Positions 17,481-25,698 of a stretch of DNA of 64,000 bases are shown piece by piece. This DNA comes from Sedimentisphaeraceae bacterium JB056. Its GTDB lineage: Bacteria > Planctomycetota > Phycisphaerae > Sedimentisphaerales > Sedimentisphaeraceae. A program made the position numbers and the translations under genes. Within the stretch, counting starts at the first letter, position 1, and every line of letters begins with the position of its first letter. The DNA is taken from the NCBI GenBank assembly GCA_044440125.1, contig JBITAJ010000004.1, forward strand, positions 1 through 64,000, in the 5' to 3' direction. The notes beneath the pieces are model-generated. The model made no database searches and was not told the origin of the DNA. It saw only the letters and a program-made list of their open reading frames with translations.

Positions 17481-18868
17481 TTCTCTTCCCAAAACTTCTT
17501 ACCCCATTGAGAGTTTCTGTCGTCCCATTCGAAACTCAGCTCGTGAAGTTTGTTTTTTAGTCTTTCAAGTATTTCTCCTGCCGCGGGGGATTCGGCAAGA
17601 TTATTTATTTCAAAAGGATCGTTTTCAAGATCGAACAACTGAACGGTCCTTTTACCTTCAACATTATATTCTATAAGTTTGTGCCTCTTATCCCTGACGC
17701 CCCGAATATACTGAGTGTATGCGAGATACAGATACTCCCTGCCGTCTCCGGCATTTTTCATGCACGGCAGAAGGCTTTGCCCTTCGACGGAAGCTGGAAC
17801 CTCAACATCAATCATATCGCAGAGAGTCGGGTATATATCGAGCAGATAGCAGAGGCTGTCGGTCCTAAAATCTTTCGGCACATCGGGACCCGCAAACACA
17901 AGCGGAACTCTCAAACTGTGTTCATAGCAATTCTGCTTGCCGAACAAGCCGTGCTGTCCCAGGGCAAGCCCGTTATCACCTGCGACAATAATTATCGTAT
18001 CGTCATAACGGCCGCTGTTTTCAAGCTCCTTCAACACCATCCCGACCTGCGAATCGAGATGGGTTATCATCGCATAGTAATCGGCCAGATGTTCACGCAC
18101 CATCGCGGAAGTGCGAGGCAGCGGGGCAAGCAGCTCATCACGCACGCACATCTCACCTTTATCGAACGGATGCTCCGGCATGAAATTTTCGGGCAAAGGC
18201 AGTGAATCCTCATTGTACATCCTGCGGAAGCTCTCCGGCATTACGCGCGGATCGTGAGGGGCCATAAACGAAACGTACATAAAGAACGGATCATCGCTGT
18301 CGTAGTTCTTTATAAAATTTGCCGCTTTTTCACAAAACAGCTCGCTGGAATGTTTGCCTGGAGTTATATGATCGCATGTCAGCTCCAGTTCATCCTTCGA
18401 ATAAAAGTAATTGGCACACTGCTTTGAACGTTTGTCATATCTGCCCTCTGGATCGAAGCTGTAAGCGGGAACATTCCAGTGATCGCTCATGCCGCCGAAG
18501 AATATTTCGCCGCCGTCGGTAAAGCTGCGTGCATAAGCTCTTGTGCCGTTGTGCCACTTACCGGTGCCGAATGTGCGGTAGCCCGCTTTTTGCAGCGTCT
18601 CGCCAAGAAGCGTATGCTCGGCGGGAATTTCTCTGCCGCTATCCTCCAGATGAAAAAGCGTACGACCGGTATGAAGCATCGCGCGGCTGGGCATACATAC
18701 CGCCCCACACGTACCGCCGGGAATATATGCATGGGTAAAAGCAGTGCCTTCACTTACGAGCCTGTCGATATTGGGCGTCTTGATATGCTCATTACCCAAC
18801 GCCGCGATAGTATCGAAACGTTGGTCGTCAGTAAAAAAGAATAAAATATTCGGCTTATTTTTCGGCAT
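17477..18868 (-). CDS. S1 sulfatase (choline-sulfatase-like), no signal peptide
   Basis: KPNILFFFTDDQR, AVCMPSRAMLHTG, GKWH, APHDP and GDNG motifs. Confidence 0.92.
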   Translation of the reverse strand: MPKNKPNILFFFTDDQRFDTIAALGNEHIKTPNIDRLVSEGTAFTHAYIPGGTCGAVCMPSRAMLHTGRTLFHLEDSGREIPAEHTLLGETLQKAGYRTFGTGKWHNGTRAYARSFTDGGEIFFGGMSDHWNVPAYSFDPEGRYDKRSKQCANYFYSKDELELTCDHITPGKHSSELFCEKAANFIKNYDSDDPFFMYVSFMAPHDPRVMPESFRRMYNEDSLPLPENFMPEHPFDKGEMCVRDELLAPLPRTSAMVREHLADYYAMITHLDSQVGMVLKELENSGRYDDTIIIVAGDNGLALGQHGLFGKQNCYEHSLRVPLVFAGPDVPKDFRTDSLCYLLDIYPTLCDMIDVEVPASVEGQSLLPCMKNAGDGREYLYLAYTQYIRGVRDKRHKLIEYNVEGKRTVQLFDLENDPFEINNLAESPAAGEILERLKNKLHELSFEWDDRNSQWGKKFWEEK

Positions 18869-18872
18869 TCTC

Positions 18873-20291
18873 TCAATCCTTTATAGTGTTGCGTTCAGTT
18901 TCAACCTGCTCGAACCAATTTTCAAGCTCACACAACATCTTTTTAGCTTTATCGGGGTATTTGTCAATAAGATTATTCTTTTCGAACGGATCCTCAGCAA
19001 TATTGTACAGTTCGGGCTTTGGAGGCTGCGGCACATCATACACAGGCGCCGGATCCTTTATTATACCGTTTCTGAGAAAATGCTCCGACTCATACATGCA
19101 AACCATAAGCCAGTGTATATCATCAACTTGCATCGTCTCCGGGATCACCGGCCTTATAAGCTTCCAGTCATCATCACGAATGGCGGAATTAGATGTAACC
19201 ACCGGCGAATACCTGTTCCACTGCCAGAATCTTTTAGTATTAACCTTGCCGTTATCGCCGCGAAGAACCGGCAAAATATTCACCCCGTCGATCGGAAGTG
19301 AATCCTGGGGCTTCTCAACTCCGGCCATCGCAAGTATCGTAGGGAACCAATCACTGAAATGAGCCATCTGATCTATTTGAACGCCTTTTTCAAGCCCCGC
19401 CGGCCAACGAACGATCATAGGCACACGGATACCGCCCTCATAGACACTTCCCTTTGAACCGTTAAACTGGCAGTTAAATCTTTCGGTGCACATCTCCTCT
19501 TCGGTCCCAAAGTTCAAAGCATCATCCTTGCCGCTGAACTGCGGGCCATTATCACTGCTGAACAATACGATGGTATTGTCTTCAAGGCCAAGAGTTTTAA
19601 GTTTATCAAGAACCCTTGCAATACCTTTATCCATACGGTATATCATTGCATAGAGAGTGCTCAAGCCTTTGTTGAATTCACCCGTATCGGCAAAGAGTTT
19701 ATAATCATCTTCAGGAGCCTGAAGAGGTGTATGCGGAGCATTGTAAGTTAAATGCAGGAAAAAAGGTTCGTTTTGATGCCGATCAATAAATTGGCAAGCC
19801 TCATCGGTCCACACATCAGTAAGATAACGACCGTCAGCACGCTTGATCTTGTCATCGTACTCAAGCTTCCAATTGTAGTATGAGTGCATTCCGCCGCGAA
19901 AACAGGCGGCCTCATCAAATCCTCTTGCGTTTGGATGATAACGTTTGTCGAACGATCCAAGATGCCACTTACCTACCAAACCTGTAGCATAGCCTTCTTT
20001 CTTGAGAATATCAGCAATTGTCGTCTCTCGCAGGGCCAAACGCTCAAGACCTCGCCATTCAAGTGTATCAACCGAGCCGGTACGATGAGGATAACGCCCT
20101 GTAAGAAGGCATGCTCGTGACGGATTGCATACAGGTGATGCCGCATAATGCTGCGTGAAACAAACACTCTCATCCAAAAGATTATCGAGAGTCGGCGTCT
20201 TTGAAAGCCCGCCATTGAAAGCACTCAAATCGCCATAACCCATGTCATCGGCAAGTATAAACAAAATGTTTGGACGCTTTGATCTATTCAT
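18873..20291 (-). CDS. S1 arylsulfatase-like enzyme, no signal peptide
   Basis: RPNILFILADDMGYGD, CNPSRACLLTG, GKWHLG, APHTP, SDNG and KGSVYEGGIRVP motifs. Confidence 0.93.
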   Translation of the reverse strand: MNRSKRPNILFILADDMGYGDLSAFNGGLSKTPTLDNLLDESVCFTQHYAASPVCNPSRACLLTGRYPHRTGSVDTLEWRGLERLALRETTIADILKKEGYATGLVGKWHLGSFDKRYHPNARGFDEAACFRGGMHSYYNWKLEYDDKIKRADGRYLTDVWTDEACQFIDRHQNEPFFLHLTYNAPHTPLQAPEDDYKLFADTGEFNKGLSTLYAMIYRMDKGIARVLDKLKTLGLEDNTIVLFSSDNGPQFSGKDDALNFGTEEEMCTERFNCQFNGSKGSVYEGGIRVPMIVRWPAGLEKGVQIDQMAHFSDWFPTILAMAGVEKPQDSLPIDGVNILPVLRGDNGKVNTKRFWQWNRYSPVVTSNSAIRDDDWKLIRPVIPETMQVDDIHWLMVCMYESEHFLRNGIIKDPAPVYDVPQPPKPELYNIAEDPFEKNNLIDKYPDKAKKMLCELENWFEQVETERNTIKD

Positions 20292-22146
20292 TCAATCCTC
20301 TCTCATCCTTAACAAGGAAATAAACATTATAAGCTTCATCTGTAATTTCATAAAGAGGTTTCAATATAAAACCATTTTGACAACAACGACTCTTATACCA
20401 CTGATGCCATAAGAACAACTGATCGCCTCGTCCACCCTCTTCATAGACATTAAACAAACTATCGGCATCATTTTTATCACCATAGAGTATAAACTCACGT
20501 CCACATAAACCGGCATAAGCAATCGGACCTTTCCTGAAAGCTATCATCTCCTGATTGTCCGGCAGCTCCACGGCCTCCAGTTTCCACGGCAGGCTCAAAG
20601 TTATTTTATTTACTGACCAGTTTCGTCTAATACGAATGAAACCTTCCACAGCCTTAGCATCAATGGACTCACCGTCTATCTTAAGCTCGAAAGCTCCGCT
20701 AATCCATTCGGGAATCCTCAAAGCAAGCTCAAACCGGCGCGAAAGCTTCGTTTTAACATCGAAAACAATATCAAGCGACTCAGGTCTGTTGATTGAATAA
20801 TCATCATCGTTGATTTCCTGTACGCTTCTCGCCTTAACATCGTAATATTGCTCTATTCGAACAATTTCGCCCTCTAAATTATGTTCAAGAACAGAAGGTA
20901 TATACTGCGCAACAGTAAGCGTATTCTCATTACAGTAGTATATCCAGTCATTATAGGAGGCGCCTGCCTGAATCATAGTGCCGCAGCAGCACCAGAAGCT
21001 GTCGGTCCTGCCACTGAACTTCTTACGTCCGCCAGGAGAGAGAGGCAGGTAATATGCGATCATGCCGGTACTGCTATTTTGCTGAGCAAGTAGGCCATTA
21101 TACATGTTCAATTCAATATAATCGAGATAATCTTTATCACCAGTAGCACGGAAAAGATAATCGGCCAGTCTTATCATATTATAAACGTTGCAATGCTCCT
21201 GCGTATGAGGCCCCAGCCGTGCAGCAAAATTTTGCGGCGGCAGCCACATCTCTTCATTGTTGCACGATCCGGTAACGAAATAACCGCGTCTCGTAACTGC
21301 ACAATCCCAATACGCAATTGCAGCATCAAGATATTTCTGTTCACCGGTAACCTCGTAAAGTCTTATCACTCCGTGAGCTTCCGGTATAGTTGTGTTGGCA
21401 TGTCTGTTAGTCAATGGATCACTGCCCGCTATCAGACGGTCAAAGAGCTTTCGCCTGTAATATTTCTCTGCCAGATGCAGATGCTCTTGCTTTCCTGTAA
21501 CGCTGTAAAGATCGGCCCAGACCTCCATCATTCCGCCGGTCTCATAATCAAGAATTTCGTCCATTTTTTCAGGACTAAAATCCATCACCCAGTCAGTAAA
21601 CCATGCCGCAAAATTCTCCAGCACATCAAGAGCTATTTGACTCGAAGCCCACTTGTAAGCATCGAAAAGTCCCATCAATGTTTTGTTAACCACGTAATGA
21701 GGTGCCCACATAGGCTCTCCGGCAGCCATCAACGTGAAATATTTTTCAGGGATCGAACCGGCCCACCTGCCGCCGTTTCTGACTTGCAGTCTTTTAAGCT
21801 CACTTACGATGAAATCTATCTTGTATTTCAGCCGCGGGTCACCGGTCGTAAAATAATAACGCGATGCAGCGGAAAGATAATGTCCGGTAAAGTGGCCTCT
21901 TATCATACTCGCAGGATGTTCCCAACCACTGTGCCCTATCGCCGGAGTACTCCATACCTGATCCGTAAATCCGCGAGGTGCGGCCAGGCCCGCTTCAAGA
22001 TAATAATTCTGCAACAGGTCACGTTCATCAAGCTCAAGCAGGTAATCAAACACAAGCTTCTGCCTGCGTCTGAAAACATTGGGCTGATTGGAAAATTCCT
22101 CCCGAAGCTTAACATTACCAGCATTTTTTATTCTCATATCAATCAT
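20284..22146 (-). CDS. Cysteine glycosidase of the beta-L-arabinofuranosidase clan (GH146/GH127, DUF1680), no signal peptide
   Basis: RGHFTGHYLSA, ETGGMME, HANTTIP, QEHCNVYNM (ExC) and FWCCCGT Zn/Cys motifs; start 22146 or 22137. Confidence 0.85.
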   Translation of the reverse strand: MIDMRIKNAGNVKLREEFSNQPNVFRRRQKLVFDYLLELDERDLLQNYYLEAGLAAPRGFTDQVWSTPAIGHSGWEHPASMIRGHFTGHYLSAASRYYFTTGDPRLKYKIDFIVSELKRLQVRNGGRWAGSIPEKYFTLMAAGEPMWAPHYVVNKTLMGLFDAYKWASSQIALDVLENFAAWFTDWVMDFSPEKMDEILDYETGGMMEVWADLYSVTGKQEHLHLAEKYYRRKLFDRLIAGSDPLTNRHANTTIPEAHGVIRLYEVTGEQKYLDAAIAYWDCAVTRRGYFVTGSCNNEEMWLPPQNFAARLGPHTQEHCNVYNMIRLADYLFRATGDKDYLDYIELNMYNGLLAQQNSSTGMIAYYLPLSPGGRKKFSGRTDSFWCCCGTMIQAGASYNDWIYYCNENTLTVAQYIPSVLEHNLEGEIVRIEQYYDVKARSVQEINDDDYSINRPESLDIVFDVKTKLSRRFELALRIPEWISGAFELKIDGESIDAKAVEGFIRIRRNWSVNKITLSLPWKLEAVELPDNQEMIAFRKGPIAYAGLCGREFILYGDKNDADSLFNVYEEGGRGDQLFLWHQWYKSRCCQNGFILKPLYEITDEAYNVYFLVKDERGLNE

Positions 22147-25100
22147 CAACCTTTGTTTTGGTAGTCTCACTTCGAACAAGGGTCTTTCCTGTAAAATCTT
22201 CTATGCTTACCTTTATGTCACCCTGCAGCGAACTTAGACCGGCAATATTGATCTTTTGAACCTGCCCGTCAGCAAGCTCTATTACTATATTTTGACCATC
22301 CTTGCACACAGCAGATTGAATAAGGTTATCATTTTCATACGGTTCAATAATCGTTATAAAACTTGCCTCTTTGCCGGTTTGCCTTAAAGCTATGGTCTTT
22401 CTTTGAACATATTCTGATTTAGCAGGATAATCACCACCTATAACAGCCTTGAGACGTCTTGCGTTTAACTTTGAAAGGTCAATCTTAATACGACCTCTCC
22501 TGTCTCTATCGGCCGGTTCGGCGGCAAGCGGTTTTGAATAATCGTTTCCGAATATCGTAACCTTGTTTCCGTAGTAGTCACATCCCTTGGCCGCGGCGGG
22601 AGCGATATTTTCATAATCGAGCGGCATATCACAAAGATAGACTTTTTCACCACCGACTGTTTCGATGTACGGATCACCTAAGAATATGGTTTTGAGCTCT
22701 TTAGCTTTATCAATCTTCGTTTCTATTTCAAGAAACTTTACTCCTTCAACATCCACATCGATTTTGGAGCTGCCGAGTATCCAGGGAGCAAGTTTGTTGT
22801 CGGCAATAACCCTGCCGTCCGCTATTACTTTGTAATAAAGATGCCTGGCGACATCTTGACTATCAGCATAATTACCAACCATCACCTCTGACTCCACAGG
22901 CCAAAGTGAATAATAGTCCACTTTGAGTCTGCCGGGAAGTGATGTCGGAACCCGTTCAAGAAAACCCGGATTATTGAAATCCATATCGAAGCTGAACTTG
23001 GCAATTCCACTTGTTGTAAACCATTCACAATTTGTTATAAACTGTGCTGCACTATAAGGATCGCTATCCATCTGTGGAGTATGTTTAGTAAACTCTTTGG
23101 CTTCGGCTTCAAAACCGATCAAGCCCTTACAGTGGAACAAATTGTCAAAATTATGTTCATTTTGGGATTTAATATAATCTGCTACAACAAGATAGTCGTC
23201 AGTAAGCACCATCGCCCTTCTCTGGAGCACAGTCTCACTCTCTTTGCCAATATCACCTTGAGGACGAATAACCTCGGGTATTGGAAGCCACTTCCTTTCC
23301 TGCCATGATTTCTCCTGCGGCATACTCATTGCATAGGGTGTCTGACCGCCGTAAGGAGGGTCTATCCAGGTTGTTTCAATCTCAGTTGCGGAGACCTGCA
23401 TCATATCGCCACTGTAGAAAAGGAGAAGGCTGCTATCGGCAGGCCTTTGCATCCGATCATCAACGACAACCATATTGTGTGCCATGGAACTCTGCACCCA
23501 CATCTTGAACATAAACGAGCCATACCCGTACCACGATGCTTCAGTACCGTAGAAACTGCGCCCATGTCGCATCAATGAATTCAGTGCGGTTTTATCAAAA
23601 TGGCCGTGATAACCACCGTGAGTACCGTATCTTTGAACCGCCTGTATCCTCTCACGAGAGCTGCGTCCTTCACTTTGGCTGCGAAGAACAGAAAAGCCAA
23701 CATTGTCATTATGATAACTTTCCTTTCCTAATTCATAATCTGATTGCGGCAATTCGCCTGCACCGTACAACAGGTCCCGTTTCTCTTTTAATTTTATTAC
23801 AGGAATATAATCCTTATCTTTATAGAGATAGTATGCCATATCAAAACCGAAGCCGGCCTCATCTCTATTGGTCGTAAGGTCTATCTCTATCGAATCGCTG
23901 GATGCAAAGAGGGCTCCCCTGTAATCACTCATCCTCAGAATCGCATCCCAAAGGTCTTTTGCACACCTGTAATTTCTTGTACTTGGGCCGACCTTTTCAA
24001 ACGACATACCGAGAAAGTCCCCCCGCCTTGCCCAGTCGGAAACCATGACAAACTTTCCATATTTAGGTTTAAAATGCCAATCTTTTACATTCAAACCCCA
24101 AGGCTCAGTTGCAACGGCTATAGATGCAGCAAGATTGGCGGTAAGTATATTGTAGTTGGCAGTTCCTTCAAAATAGTTGCCATCATCTAAAATACCGGCA
24201 CTCATCAGGTCGCGATAGCCGCCCGTACCGGAAAGAAAATGATTTACAACATCAAAATCCTGAATGGCAAGTCCGCAGAGTATCGCCCCTGAGGCAAGAG
24301 AAACTTGATGATTATTACCGTCACCGGTAAGGAGGCCAGGCTTAAGCCATTTGAAGTATCCACGGAAAGTTTCTTCAACATTTTTATGATCTCTGATACT
24401 CAGCATACCGCTGTCGTAAAGCAAATCATAAGCCCGTGCAACATGAATAAAGAACATACCTTCATGAACATGACTGCCGTTATTCGATCTGAGCTTGCTC
24501 AAATAACCGGTCTCAGGATTGGTAAAATCCTTCAAGAAAGAGATGACTTTTTGTTCAATCTGCTTATCACCACTAAGCTTCCATGCTATTGCTGCATTCT
24601 CAAGATTGATGGCATCATCAAGCCTGTAACAATAACTGCCGCTACGAAGAGCAGGCTTCCTCCAAGACTTACCCTGCTCTATATACTCCTGCTTTCTTGA
24701 GGCAGCCCATTCATATTTTTCAGTTTTTTGCTCGACAGCATCCCAGCCTCTTTGATCAAGAAGCAGATACGGATGCGGCATAAATCTTACAGTTGTAAAC
24801 AAAATCTTTTCAGAAAGATCTGCCCTTGCATCTGGAACAGCAGTAATCATAAGTCCTTCACGACCGCCCGGTGCAACCAAAAGATTCATATCCACCGAAA
24901 GTATCACCTGCCTGCTCTCAAAAGGAGCGAGCTCTATATCTGAATGAGAGAGAGAGGCCGAACACGCCTGCCAGGCAGTATCCTCAATCAGGAGTTTCAC
25001 ACAGCGCTTAACGCCACTCTCATTAGACACATTAATTGTATAAAGTGCCTGTTCACCGGGTTTGACGGGTTTAGACAAAACATCCGAAGAAATGCTTATA

Positions 25101-25672
25101 ACCTTACCTTTTTTCAATCTAGGCTGGCTTATAAGTACATCACCATCATTGCTTCCATCGGTATACCTTCCAGTTATCGAAACCGAATCGATATACTTCC
25201 AGTGCTTCTGAATATGGTGAGGATAATCAAAGTCACGCAACTCAAGCAATACCCTGTTCCAGCCTTTGTAATTAATAGTAAAAACAGTGGACACCTCATC
25301 CATAAAATCGGGCCGACCTATACGGAGAGGGGAAGCGGTAAATTTCATCTGATAAGCTCCCTGACGGGGCAGCTTAACATCAAACTCCACATAACGATAG
25401 TCAAACCAGTTGCCCACGCTTATCTCATCAAGCATATCGGAGAAAGCCGGCGTATCCCATCCAAGAAATTCGTTTTGCTTTGCATAATCAAACCGTGCAT
25501 TTATAAGCGAACTGCTCTTTGCGCAGGAATAGCCTTCCGATGTTTTGATATTGCACGATTTAAGATATTTCCACTTCTCAGGGCCAGTAAAATTTCCTAC
25601 TTTTAAGACATCACCATATACAAAATTTGTAGCCAGAATTACAAATATACAAAAACCAATAAACTTCTTCAT
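22139..25672 (-). CDS. Secreted heparinase II/III-like (PL12/15/17-like) polysaccharide lyase, multidomain
   Basis: Signal peptide from MKKFIG (25672); GNNH, YFEGTANY, HGGYHGHFDK and AHNMVVVD motifs; inserted NPCBM-like module. Confidence 0.75.
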   Translation of the reverse strand: MKKFIGFCIFVILATNFVYGDVLKVGNFTGPEKWKYLKSCNIKTSEGYSCAKSSSLINARFDYAKQNEFLGWDTPAFSDMLDEISVGNWFDYRYVEFDVKLPRQGAYQMKFTASPLRIGRPDFMDEVSTVFTINYKGWNRVLLELRDFDYPHHIQKHWKYIDSVSITGRYTDGSNDGDVLISQPRLKKGKVISISSDVLSKPVKPGEQALYTINVSNESGVKRCVKLLIEDTAWQACSASLSHSDIELAPFESRQVILSVDMNLLVAPGGREGLMITAVPDARADLSEKILFTTVRFMPHPYLLLDQRGWDAVEQKTEKYEWAASRKQEYIEQGKSWRKPALRSGSYCYRLDDAINLENAAIAWKLSGDKQIEQKVISFLKDFTNPETGYLSKLRSNNGSHVHEGMFFIHVARAYDLLYDSGMLSIRDHKNVEETFRGYFKWLKPGLLTGDGNNHQVSLASGAILCGLAIQDFDVVNHFLSGTGGYRDLMSAGILDDGNYFEGTANYNILTANLAASIAVATEPWGLNVKDWHFKPKYGKFVMVSDWARRGDFLGMSFEKVGPSTRNYRCAKDLWDAILRMSDYRGALFASSDSIEIDLTTNRDEAGFGFDMAYYLYKDKDYIPVIKLKEKRDLLYGAGELPQSDYELGKESYHNDNVGFSVLRSQSEGRSSRERIQAVQRYGTHGGYHGHFDKTALNSLMRHGRSFYGTEASWYGYGSFMFKMWVQSSMAHNMVVVDDRMQRPADSSLLLFYSGDMMQVSATEIETTWIDPPYGGQTPYAMSMPQEKSWQERKWLPIPEVIRPQGDIGKESETVLQRRAMVLTDDYLVVADYIKSQNEHNFDNLFHCKGLIGFEAEAKEFTKHTPQMDSDPYSAAQFITNCEWFTTSGIAKFSFDMDFNNPGFLERVPTSLPGRLKVDYYSLWPVESEVMVGNYADSQDVARHLYYKVIADGRVIADNKLAPWILGSSKIDVDVEGVKFLEIETKIDKAKELKTIFLGDPYIETVGGEKVYLCDMPLDYENIAPAAAKGCDYYGNKVTIFGNDYSKPLAAEPADRDRRGRIKIDLSKLNARRLKAVIGGDYPAKSEYVQRKTIALRQTGKEASFITIIEPYENDNLIQSAVCKDGQNIVIELADGQVQKINIAGLSSLQGDIKVSIEDFTGKTLVRSETTKTKVDD

Positions 25673-25698
25673 TATAACATTCAACTTAAATTTCTGAT

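Noticed and set aside
21193..22164. 323-aa plus-strand ORF
   Set aside because: Entirely antisense to the motif-supported GH146/127 gene, with atypical composition.
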